Shown here: positions 19,546 to 28,281 of the stretch, piece after piece
Position numbering within the stretch: the first letter of the stretch is position 1
Layout of the letters: every line of letters starts with the position of its first letter
Assembly (NCBI GenBank): GCA_035450165.1
Contig: DAOTMI010000003.1
Location: forward strand, 217 to 64,216
Length of the DNA: 64,000 bases
Origin: Candidatus Woesebacteria bacterium
GTDB taxonomy: Bacteria > Patescibacteriota > Microgenomatia > UBA12405
Direction: 5' to 3'
The notes under the pieces: model-generated
What the model was told of the DNA's origin: nothing
The model's database searches: none
Seen by the model: only the letters and a program-made list of their open reading frames with translations
Program-made: the position numbers and the translations under genes

Positions 19546-21033
19546 ATGGAGTTTATCAAAAAAATTAGTTATCATATAACTGTGAATCCAGAAGAAATCC
19601 AATCACCTCTACCGCCAAGAAGAGTCGAAATTCCCCCAGTGCCAACAACCTCTTCATCCGTTATTAAGGATCAGACCACCATTAGTCAGCAAATTCAAAA
19701 ACAACAGGAAAGGGGACTAAAAAAATATCTAATTTGGCTGATAGCAGCAGCGATTATTCTTTTAATTATTCTTTTATTAGTTTACTTCCGAGGTCGAGGG
19801 AAAACCCCGGTAAGCAATCAAATAGAGTTAAATTATTGGGGATTATGGGAAGAAAGCAGTGTTATGGATGGAATTATTGCTGATTTTGAAGCTAAAAATC
19901 CCAATATCAAGGTAAATTACAAAAAGAATAGTCAGGAAAATTATAAACTTAGACTGCAAAATAAATTAGCTAAAACAGAAACCAGCGGGGAAACTGATAC
20001 TCCAGATATTTTTCGAATTCATGTCTCTTGGCTGCCTTTGTTTAAAAATGAATTGGCTCCAGTCCCCACCGAAACTGCCAATCGTATTGGATTAGAAACC
20101 GATTTTTATAAGGTTTTCTCAAAAACTTTAAAAACAGGGTCTAATTATAAAGCCATTCCTCTAATGTACGACGGTTTAGCGCTTTTTTATAATAAAGATT
20201 TAATTGGGGCGGTTGGGGGTGAATTACCAAAAACCTGGAATGACCTTCGGATAATAGCAGAAAAAATTACCAAAAGAGATGAACAAACAGACAAAATTGT
20301 TACCGCTGGGGCTGCCTTAGGTTCAGTCAATAATATCGATCATTGGAGTGATATTATTGGCCTAATGCTAAAACAAGGAGGGATTAATCCCCTTCTTAAT
20401 AGTGACGATGAAAAAATTAAGTCGGTTTTAGTTTACTACAGTCTTTACCGAACTAAATATCATCTCTGGGATGAAACTTTACCTCCGTCTACTTTGGCTT
20501 TTGCTAACGGCAGTTTGGGCTTTTATTTTGGTCCCTCGTGGCGGATATTTAATCTAAGGGATATTAATCCCAAATTAAACTACGAAGTTATATCTGTTCC
20601 TCAATTGGAAAATGAAAATGGTACCTTAACTAACGTCAATTGGGCTAGTTTTTGGGTAGAAGGAGTTAATACGAAAAGTAAACACCAAAAAGAAGCCTTT
20701 AAATTGTTAGAATTTTTAGCCTCTAAAGAAGCTTTGCAAAAAAGTTTTACCTTGGCTAGTCAAATTAGAGATTTTGGTCAAATTTCTCCAAGAAAAAGTA
20801 TGTTTGATCAAATGGGGGCCAACTCTAAAATTAAACCCTTTGTTGACGCCGCCGAGACAGCCGATAATTGGTATCTTTCTTCCCGAACTTTTGATGAAAG
20901 CCTCAATGACGAAATGATTAAGTATTTCGGTGACGCTATCAATGCCATCGTCAATCAAAATAAAGACGCGGCTGAAGTCATTATTACTTTAAGAAGCGGT
21001 ATTAATCAGCTAAAGACAAAATATGGGCTATAA
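19546..21033 (+). CDS. extracellular solute-binding protein (ABC transporter SBP family 1), TM-anchored
   Basis: 495 aa; N-terminal TM helix then an SBP_bac_1-like domain. No permease or ATPase adjacent. Confidence 0.65.
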   Translation: MEFIKKISYHITVNPEEIQSPLPPRRVEIPPVPTTSSSVIKDQTTISQQIQKQQERGLKKYLIWLIAAAIILLIILLLVYFRGRGKTPVSNQIELNYWGLWEESSVMDGIIADFEAKNPNIKVNYKKNSQENYKLRLQNKLAKTETSGETDTPDIFRIHVSWLPLFKNELAPVPTETANRIGLETDFYKVFSKTLKTGSNYKAIPLMYDGLALFYNKDLIGAVGGELPKTWNDLRIIAEKITKRDEQTDKIVTAGAALGSVNNIDHWSDIIGLMLKQGGINPLLNSDDEKIKSVLVYYSLYRTKYHLWDETLPPSTLAFANGSLGFYFGPSWRIFNLRDINPKLNYEVISVPQLENENGTLTNVNWASFWVEGVNTKSKHQKEAFKLLEFLASKEALQKSFTLASQIRDFGQISPRKSMFDQMGANSKIKPFVDAAETADNWYLSSRTFDESLNDEMIKYFGDAINAIVNQNKDAAEVIITLRSGINQLKTKYGL

Positions 21034-21036
21034 ACT

Positions 21037-21690
21037 ATGATCATTTTAGTTAATTTTAAGGTTTATCAAGAAACTTGGGGCGAAGGGGCAATCAAATTTA
21101 CTTCAATTTGTCAAAGGGTTATGGAGGCAACTACTACAGAAATTATTCCCGTGGTTTCTGCTTTAGATTTAGTTAGAGTTAAAGCAATTATGGGTAAACA
21201 CAAGGTTTACCTCCAAAGCCTCGACGGTGATTTCGAGGGAGCTCATAATGGCGCTATTACCTTAAAACAGGCCCAAATATTAGGTGCTAATGGCGCTCTA
21301 ATTAATCATAGTGAAAAAAGATTAAAACCAGGGACAATTTTACAATTATTAAAAAACTGGCCAAAAGAAATGGATAGTGTTGTTTGTCTCCAAAGTTGGG
21401 GGCAAGTAGAAAGGTGGGCTAAAAACATTAGACCAACTTATATTGCTTATGAACCAAAATATTTAATTGGCAATCGAGAAAAATCGGTAGCAACAGAAAA
21501 ACCAGAGATGATAAAAAAAATGGTTGAATTTTACAAAAATATTCCTGTTTTAGCTGGCGCCGGCGTTAGAACCAAAGAAGATATTTTAGTAACCCAAAAA
21601 ATGGGAGGGGCTGGAGTCTTAGCTGCCGCCAATATTATTAAGTCCGATAATCCCGAAAAAACCTTAATGGAATTAGCCAGCCAAAGTTAA
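21037..21690 (+). CDS. tpiA: triosephosphate isomerase, short archaeal-type
   Basis: 217 aa; LVNFKVYQE (substrate loop) and INHSEKR (catalytic His plus glutamate region); the length is typical of archaeal TIM. Confidence 0.6.
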   Translation: MIILVNFKVYQETWGEGAIKFTSICQRVMEATTTEIIPVVSALDLVRVKAIMGKHKVYLQSLDGDFEGAHNGAITLKQAQILGANGALINHSEKRLKPGTILQLLKNWPKEMDSVVCLQSWGQVERWAKNIRPTYIAYEPKYLIGNREKSVATEKPEMIKKMVEFYKNIPVLAGAGVRTKEDILVTQKMGGAGVLAAANIIKSDNPEKTLMELASQS

Positions 21691-22299
21691 AAACCAAATG
21701 TCCTGGCAATAAGTTTTTAAAACTTCAGCGGCTGATCTAAGGGTGGAACCAGTCGTATAAACATCATCGAAAAGAATGAGATTGCCTATTTGATTTTTAA
21801 CCGACGGATTTAGGGCAAAAGCGTGATCAACATTTTTCAACCGAGAAATTCTCTTTTGAAGACGGGCTTGGGGAGAGGTATGACGGGTCTTAATCAATAA
21901 ATCAGATCGATAATCCAATTTAAGCCGCCGGGCAATATTTTTAGCCAATAAATCAGCCTGATTAAATGAACGCCAATTATACCGCCACCAATGAAGAGGG
22001 ACGGCCGTCATTAGATAATGATTTTGCTGCCAGAATTGCCAAAGATGGGAATAATGCCCTTTTATGGAGTCAGCCGATAACTCCGCTAACTCGTCAACCA
22101 AATCAGTAACAAAATTGTATTTTAAATCGAGAATCGCCTGCTTAATCCCTTTCTGATACTTAAACAAACTTAATCGATTACTTTGAGGTTCGAGTGAATT
22201 GATTAAAATTTGCTGACGGCAGGAGTTGCAAAAATATTGACCAATTTTACCACAATCATAACATTTTCTAGGAAAAAGTAGATCGAGCACCCAAGGCAT
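21673..22299 (-). CDS. ComF-family phosphoribosyltransferase-domain protein
   Basis: N-terminal zinc finger CYDCGK...CNSCRQQ; PRTase motif ILFDDVYTTGSTL. Confidence 0.8.
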   Translation of the reverse strand: MPWVLDLLFPRKCYDCGKIGQYFCNSCRQQILINSLEPQSNRLSLFKYQKGIKQAILDLKYNFVTDLVDELAELSADSIKGHYSHLWQFWQQNHYLMTAVPLHWWRYNWRSFNQADLLAKNIARRLKLDYRSDLLIKTRHTSPQARLQKRISRLKNVDHAFALNPSVKNQIGNLILFDDVYTTGSTLRSAAEVLKTYCQDIWFLTLAG

Positions 22300-22409
22300 A
22301 AATTTATTTTATGCTATCTAAGCCTCTGCAGGGGCAACAGGATATAGATCAAGGCATTTATTCTATGTTATACTTGGTCAGGAAAGAATTTTGTTCAAAT
22401 CGCGAATAT

Positions 22410-22438
22410 TTGCAAAAATAGGGAGAAAGTGATATAAT
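22410..22438 (+). promoter_or_regulatory. sigma70 promoter TTGCAA-N17-TGaTATAAT for ssrA
   Basis: Consensus-like -35 and extended -10 with a 17-nt spacer; TSS about 8 nt upstream of tmRNA G1. Confidence 0.6.
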
Positions 22439-22446
22439 ATTGTGTT

Positions 22447-22784
22447 GGAGATGTAAAGCTTCGACAGAGATTGTTCTTTAAAAGACGGCAGGCCGGCTTC
22501 GATCCCACAGCCGAAAAACAGGGATTAAAAATAAAATGCCATGAATTATTCTGGCGCCAATTACGCTTTAGCTTACGCTTAAGCCATTGGCCATTCCTTC
22601 TTTGCCTATTCCGGAGAAAAGAAAGGAGTGTCAACCAACCGGAATGCTTTTTCTTCAAGGGCAGCATTGAGGAAAATTAAGATTCGGGTAAGACCGAAAT
22701 TAGCTGTCTTTTTGGAAACAAAATAAGCTTGTAGATGTCTTTTTTAGTCATCTTTGGACCTCGGTTCGTTACCGAGCATCTCCG
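22447..22784 (+). ncRNA. ssrA: tmRNA (SsrA)
   Basis: The 5' end GGAGATG pairs with the 3' CATCTCC to form a tRNA-like acceptor stem. T arm CTCGG-TTCGTTA-CCGAG. Internal tag frame GCC AAT TAC GCT TTA GCT TAC GCT TAA encodes (G)ANYALAYA then stop. smpB lies 1 kb downstream. Confidence 0.85.
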
Positions 22785-22801
22785 CTAAAGTAAAATAGAA
22801 T

Positions 22802-23785
22802 ATGGGTAAGTTAATTAAAGGGCTGGTAAAACAGATAAAAAAACTAGGAATAAAATATAGGAAACTGCTTTTAATAGGATTGATTGTTTATGGTCTTATT
22901 CTGTTGGGAATCGGTACTTTCATCGGTAGTTTTTTTAACAAAGCTACTTTAGATAAATTTCCTGAGCTAAACCGAGACAGTAAAATTCTAATTGCGGCTC
23001 CTCATATTGACGATGAAGTTATCGCTACCGGCGGTTTAATTCAAAAAGCAATAAAGGCTGGAGCGGAAATTAAAATTATTTACCTAACTAATGGCGATAA
23101 TAACCTTAATTCGGTCATTGTTGACGAAGACAAAAATCTTAAAATTGGTCCAGATGACTTTATCACTTTAGGTGAAACCAGAATGGCCGAAGGCCGGCAA
23201 GCAGCTAAAGATCTGGGTTTGTCAGATAAGAATCTGGAATTTCTTGGCTATCCCGACCAAGGCTTAAGTCAACTTTTCAATAATTATTACAGCGCTGATA
23301 AAAAATATTCTGCCAAGGGAATTAAATTCACTTATAATCCTTATGCCGGTACTTACCGTAGTAAACAGGATTATAACGGTGAAAACATAGTTAACGATCT
23401 GTCAACAATCATGAACAGTTTTCAACCTAATATTCTTATTATCCCCCATCCCCTTGATCAACATCCCGACCATAAAGCTACTTTCAGATTTTTTGATAAA
23501 GTTCTGGCCGAAAACCCCAAACAAAACAATATTAAAGTTTGGTTATATTTGGTTCACTATAAAAATTACCCGGCTGACAAACTGGTCGCTCCCAACAAAT
23601 TTTTATTTCCGCCATCAAAATTATTCAGTCAAAGCGGCTGGTTTAGTCTAGACTTAGATAAGGATGAAATCCAAGTTAAACTCAAAGCTTTAAGTGAAAA
23701 TAAAACCCAACTAGTTAAAATACCTCTTCTCGATTTAAGAATGTTTATTAGACGAAATGAAATTTTTGAAATTCACGAGTTTTAA
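22802..23785 (+). CDS. PIG-L/LmbE-family N-acetylglucosaminyl deacetylase, TM-anchored
   Basis: 327 aa; APHIDDEVIATGG...IIYLTNGD and HPDH motifs. Confidence 0.75.
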   Translation: MGKLIKGLVKQIKKLGIKYRKLLLIGLIVYGLILLGIGTFIGSFFNKATLDKFPELNRDSKILIAAPHIDDEVIATGGLIQKAIKAGAEIKIIYLTNGDNNLNSVIVDEDKNLKIGPDDFITLGETRMAEGRQAAKDLGLSDKNLEFLGYPDQGLSQLFNNYYSADKKYSAKGIKFTYNPYAGTYRSKQDYNGENIVNDLSTIMNSFQPNILIIPHPLDQHPDHKATFRFFDKVLAENPKQNNIKVWLYLVHYKNYPADKLVAPNKFLFPPSKLFSQSGWFSLDLDKDEIQVKLKALSENKTQLVKIPLLDLRMFIRRNEIFEIHEF

Positions 23786-24164
23786 TTTTTTCCCTTTTTT
23801 CGTATTTTTTAATCTTTCGACCAACACCAATTTCCAGTTTAAACCACTTGCCATGAAGAAAAATTCTTATCGGTAAAAGGGTATATTTCTGCCGACGATA
23901 AGAAATCAATTTAGCAATTTCTTTCTCTTTTAATAAAAGCTGTCGAGGACGGGTGGGATCAATCGGCTGACTATGAGCATATTTATAGGGAGATAAACGA
24001 AGGTTCTCCAAATAAGGTACTCCTTGACGAATTTCCACCTTAGCACTAGCAAACTGAGCTGTTTGGGTCCGCAGTGACTTTGCCTCAGCCCCAGTTAACA
24101 CTAGGCCGGCTTCAAATTTATCGATAAATCGATAGTCACGGCAATCTTGATTAAAATGTTTCAT
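23748..24164 (-). CDS. smpB: SsrA-binding protein SmpB
   Basis: 138 aa; FEAGLVLTGAEAKSLR...LENLRLSPY...DPTRPRQLLLKEKEI...LPIRIFLHGKWFKLEIGVGRKIKKYEKRE matches SmpB throughout. Confidence 0.85.
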   Translation of the reverse strand: MKHFNQDCRDYRFIDKFEAGLVLTGAEAKSLRTQTAQFASAKVEIRQGVPYLENLRLSPYKYAHSQPIDPTRPRQLLLKEKEIAKLISYRRQKYTLLPIRIFLHGKWFKLEIGVGRKIKKYEKREKIKTREFQKFHFV

Positions 24165-25633
24165 GGAAGGCTAATTATATAGATTTTTTGGTCGGAGGCC
24201 AAGATATAAAGATTTTTACTATTAAAATCAGCCGTTAAGTCAATTATTTTTATTTCTTCCACCGCTTTGACTAACTTTAATTCACCTGATTTACTAACTA
24301 CATAAACATGATTCTGGTCAGCAAATATCAAATCATCACTCATTGTGGAGGTCAACAAACTTTTAGCACCGGTCAAAACCAAATTTTGGCTAAAATTAAA
24401 TTTGTCCTGTTTACCATGAAAATAAGGCTTTAATTCGCCCGAATCAGTCAAAATCCAAATTTTACCATCAATAGCCATGGCTGCTGGATTAACCGGTAAT
24501 TGTTGACCAGCAGCTAACCACGAAGATAAGCTATTCAATTTTTTAATCGTTTCAGGGTATAAAACATAAAGACTATTGTTCCAAATCTGGAAATCCAGAG
24601 CTTCTTTTTCTAATGGGGCTAATTTTTTCCATTCTGTCCCATCAAATAGACGAATTTCACTGGCAGTTAAGGCATAAATCTTATTTTTGTCAGTAATTAT
24701 TGCCTTTATTCCTTGGAGATGATCACCTTGATCCAGTTCTTTCTTGCTCTGGGAAAGAGACAGCCAATCCAAACGATTATTGATGGGATCAAACATAACC
24801 AAACCGGAACCATTAAAAACTATTTGGGAATAGTTACTCGATTCGTTTATTAAATGAGTGTCATAGAAAAGTTCTAAAGGGTTCACCAACTTCTTAATTT
24901 TTTGGAAGTACAAATCTACTTCCCTTTGATCATGGGAAATTTCCTTTAAGTCTTGGAATAGTTTTTGAGCGGCTTCTGTTTCTTTTTGATTAATTTTTGT
25001 CTCTAATTGAGTAATTAAATTCTGATGTCTCATCTCTTTATTAATTTGCCGGTGGCGGTAAATAGTCCATAAACTAATCAGCAAAATAATAATTCCAATT
25101 AAACTAAAAATAATTGTCCATAATCGACGACGATGAACGGCTTCATGAACTGGCGCCCGCACTAAATACTGAGGATGAGTAATTGATCGGGAACGATTAA
25201 TTTCGATCAAAACAGCGGCTATATTGGCCGGAGGAAAAATATCAGAAGTGGCCCCTGAAATAAAAAGTTGTTTAATAAAATCACGGGAATTACTTATGGC
25301 CCACCAATCACCATCTTGTCCTCGGCCCCGAACCACTTGATGATGGGAAAAATCAAGGAAACTAAAATAATGGCCTCGTTTTACCGCCAAATAAACACCT
25401 TGACTTGCCATTGCCTCAAAATAATCACCATGGCTAATGAAAAGACCAACAGCGGCATTACTAATTTGATCTAAATTTCGCCGGCGATTAATAACACTAA
25501 TAATTTCTTGCCCTTGAACAGCATTATCAGCCCAAATTAAACCAAATAAACGGCCCTTTTTCTTCTCTTCCCAAAAATGAACCCACTGGCCGCTGCTCGA
25601 ATTACCATTGTAAAACCGGCAGGAATAATCCAT
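24161..25633 (-). CDS. membrane protein: degenerate PP2C-like N-terminal domain, TM helix, C-terminal beta-propeller-like repeats
   Basis: 490 aa. The PP2C-like N-terminal segment is tentative. TM helix LWTIIFSLIGIIILLISLW. Repeated hydrophobic-x-hydrophobic blade-like motifs (KIYALTASEIRLFDG, KIWILTDSGELKPY, HVYVVSKSGELKLV). Confidence 0.4.
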   Translation of the reverse strand: MDYSCRFYNGNSSSGQWVHFWEEKKKGRLFGLIWADNAVQGQEIISVINRRRNLDQISNAAVGLFISHGDYFEAMASQGVYLAVKRGHYFSFLDFSHHQVVRGRGQDGDWWAISNSRDFIKQLFISGATSDIFPPANIAAVLIEINRSRSITHPQYLVRAPVHEAVHRRRLWTIIFSLIGIIILLISLWTIYRHRQINKEMRHQNLITQLETKINQKETEAAQKLFQDLKEISHDQREVDLYFQKIKKLVNPLELFYDTHLINESSNYSQIVFNGSGLVMFDPINNRLDWLSLSQSKKELDQGDHLQGIKAIITDKNKIYALTASEIRLFDGTEWKKLAPLEKEALDFQIWNNSLYVLYPETIKKLNSLSSWLAAGQQLPVNPAAMAIDGKIWILTDSGELKPYFHGKQDKFNFSQNLVLTGAKSLLTSTMSDDLIFADQNHVYVVSKSGELKLVKAVEEIKIIDLTADFNSKNLYILASDQKIYIISLP

Positions 25634-25645
25634 TAAATAATGATA

Positions 25646-25879
25646 CTACAAAAACAGAAGGGCCAAGAAAATCAACAGAAAGGCCAAAATAAGATGAAGA
25701 TAAGAAGCAATCATAATTGGCCGGTTGAACTTATCACGAATATTTTTAGAAAAAACCTTAACTTGTTTAACAATTAATAAGGCAAAAATTAAATAAATTA
25801 ATCCGCCGACAATAACAAAGATCTTAGTCAGAAGAAAAAAAATATTATTAAGATTAAGATTATTGGTTAAAGGATCCAT
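25646..25879 (-). CDS. small two-TM membrane protein
   Basis: 77 aa, strongly hydrophobic. Confidence 0.35.
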   Translation of the reverse strand: MDPLTNNLNLNNIFFLLTKIFVIVGGLIYLIFALLIVKQVKVFSKNIRDKFNRPIMIASYLHLILAFLLIFLALLFL

Positions 25880-26519
25880 GATGACAAAGTTCCTGTAATA
25901 ATTTTAAAATCTTATCTGGGGCGGCAATCTTTTCAAAAACTAAATTAGGCCGTTCACCGGCTGTTTCAATTCTCACCGAACCATAGTTAAAAAACGTCTG
26001 ACTGGCTCCTGCTAATCTATAATCTATATCCTGAATATTTTTTATTTCCGCCTCAGTAAATTTACGATTGAGCAGATTAAAAATATCCATATCGATTACC
26101 CGCAAATTAGTAATGATACTTAAATCAAAGTACCAGGAAATAAATTTTTCCAAAGCAAAGGCTAAAGTAACCATATACCAAAAAATAATAATAAGGAGAA
26201 ATAAATTACCAGGTAAAGAGATCTCAACCGCTAATAATTTTAAAATCAAGGGAGCTAAAAACATTACCAAACTCAACAGAATCCAAGAAATGTTAGTAAA
26301 CCAATGAGGACGAAGAACTACATAAATAATCTCGCCCTCGCTTCGCTCACTAAAGTCAAAAAAATTAGGACAAATCAGAGTTGAGGAAAATGAATTACGA
26401 GTATGACCTAAAATTCTCCTGATAGGAGTTAAGTCTTCTTGAACATTTTCATTTTTTTCTGTTTTAATTATCTTATCATCGGGAGCAATCGTATCCAAAT
26501 TACCGGCTCGAATCGTCAT
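25860..26519 (-). CDS. membrane protein with bacterial PH (bPH_2/YdbS-like) domain
   Basis: 219 aa; two TM helices flanked by EGEIIYVVLRPHW..., typical of bPH_2. Confidence 0.45.
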   Translation of the reverse strand: MTIRAGNLDTIAPDDKIIKTEKNENVQEDLTPIRRILGHTRNSFSSTLICPNFFDFSERSEGEIIYVVLRPHWFTNISWILLSLVMFLAPLILKLLAVEISLPGNLFLLIIIFWYMVTLAFALEKFISWYFDLSIITNLRVIDMDIFNLLNRKFTEAEIKNIQDIDYRLAGASQTFFNYGSVRIETAGERPNLVFEKIAAPDKILKLLQELCHHGSFNQ

Positions 26520-26548
26520 AAAAATATTTTAACATGGTCAAAGACTAA

Positions 26549-28252
26549 TTATTTCTTTTCAATATTAAACAGGGACGATTTGACAGCAATGGCACCGGGA
26601 GCTCGAAGATTATAAACCTGCTTAAAATCGCCGCCGTCAAAATCGAAACTACCCTTATCGGTAACTATATGAACAGTTTTGGTAAAGCCGCCGGTAGAAT
26701 AATCAACCGAAATGGAATCGATCGAAGAAACCGGTCCGCCCTTATCGCCTACCTGACGTCTCAATTCTTCCATTCCCCAGGCATTAGGATCGTTGCCGCC
26801 GAAACAACCGCCGGAATTATACTGGGAAAGATGAGAAGAATCATGAGTATTTTTGAAGTAAATATTGGCATTGATAATATCGGCAAATTCATCTTTAGTC
26901 AGCCAAGGATGGCTTCGGCCGCAACTAGTTCCGCTTCGGGTTTTATACCAACCTTTATAAAACCAAGGGGAGCCGGCCGCCTTCTCGTAGGCATCACCGG
27001 GCCAGCAGCCCTGACTACCACAGGTAGTGTCCCAAACACTAGGGGTAGCGTAATCACTTGAGCTATAACCATAGGTGTATCCCCCGGCAGTCGAGGCGTA
27101 CATAGTCGAGAAAATCCGGCCGGTAGAATTAGCTTTAATCACCAGGCCCCGGGTTGTCTCAACCGCCTCTTTCCACTTTCCAGGAGAATCATAGCGGGAG
27201 CGGGAATAAACTTGGCAGGTTTCAGTAACGCAGATGCTACCTGAACCCATATTGGTATAATTCAAGGCATAAGTGCGGGCGGCGATCGCCTGAGCTTTTA
27301 AAGCTTCCATGCCTCCTAATTCACCCCATTTAGCCGGCATCTCGGCAATACCAATCAAATAATTATCCTCAAAAGGCAGGGTCCCGATACTGGTTTTAAT
27401 TGAACCAGGGACATCAATTTTTTCCAAACGAATATCGCCATAATAGGCCTTTAAAATAGTCTCGTAATTTTGGCCGGCTTTAGCTCGGCCAAAAGCCCCA
27501 TATTGAGACATGCCTTTGCGGTGAGGTGCCCCGAAAGAAAAAACGGCATAGGCCGGAGAAAAGCCAGGATTAAAATCAGCTCGAGCGGCCGGATCATCGG
27601 CGGTCGAAACATCACCAACAGCAGTATTAAATACAGCTGTCTTTTCAGCAATTAAAGCCTGTTGTTTCGCCGTTAATTCCGCCTTATAATCTTCGGCCTT
27701 TTGGATTTCACCAGCCAAAAAACCAAAACGAGATTCGAGACTTTTTTTTAACCCAGCCAGTTTTATTTTCTGAGCCTCAAGATTGGCCTTATTCTGATTC
27801 AAAACAGACAAATCATTGGTATAAGTCATAATCAAATCCCGATCTTTAGCAATAATTGATTGATACCAATTATACTGACGGATTAATGAGGAGCTTTCAT
27901 TGCTGGCTAAAAAAATCATCAGCGGGTCAAACTTACGACTATTAATATAGTAGCGGCGGGCCCGTTCGCCCAAAAGAGTTTTTTGATTAGCCAATTCAGC
28001 CGCTTTTTCTTCAATATCGGCCGTTAGAGCTTCTATTTGCTTTTCAGCCAAGGCAATTTGAGACTTAGCAACGTTAATTTTTTTTGTCAGATCAGAACTT
28101 TCTTTTTTTAATGGGGAAAGAGCGGCGTCAATCTGGGCAATTTGTTCACCCAGTTTAGTAATATCACTATCAAGATCAGCGTAGCACGGAAAAGGTAGAA
28201 CAAATAAAAAGACGAAAAATATAAACCAGATATTTATCACCCGTCTCACCAT
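26549..28252 (-). CDS. secreted coiled-coil protein with C-terminal SpoIID/LytB domain
   Basis: 567 aa; signal/TM, about 200 aa coiled coil, then SpoIID signature AQAIAARTYALNYT...ICVTETCQVY. Confidence 0.7.
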   Translation of the reverse strand: MVRRVINIWFIFFVFLFVLPFPCYADLDSDITKLGEQIAQIDAALSPLKKESSDLTKKINVAKSQIALAEKQIEALTADIEEKAAELANQKTLLGERARRYYINSRKFDPLMIFLASNESSSLIRQYNWYQSIIAKDRDLIMTYTNDLSVLNQNKANLEAQKIKLAGLKKSLESRFGFLAGEIQKAEDYKAELTAKQQALIAEKTAVFNTAVGDVSTADDPAARADFNPGFSPAYAVFSFGAPHRKGMSQYGAFGRAKAGQNYETILKAYYGDIRLEKIDVPGSIKTSIGTLPFEDNYLIGIAEMPAKWGELGGMEALKAQAIAARTYALNYTNMGSGSICVTETCQVYSRSRYDSPGKWKEAVETTRGLVIKANSTGRIFSTMYASTAGGYTYGYSSSDYATPSVWDTTCGSQGCWPGDAYEKAAGSPWFYKGWYKTRSGTSCGRSHPWLTKDEFADIINANIYFKNTHDSSHLSQYNSGGCFGGNDPNAWGMEELRRQVGDKGGPVSSIDSISVDYSTGGFTKTVHIVTDKGSFDFDGGDFKQVYNLRAPGAIAVKSSLFNIEKK

Positions 28253-28281
28253 TCAATTTTAACAGATGATATACTGATATC

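Noticed and set aside
22395-22680. ORFs 22395..22667 (-) and 22471..22680 (+)
   Set aside because: Overlap the tmRNA gene; the real coding feature there is the internal tag-peptide frame of ssrA.
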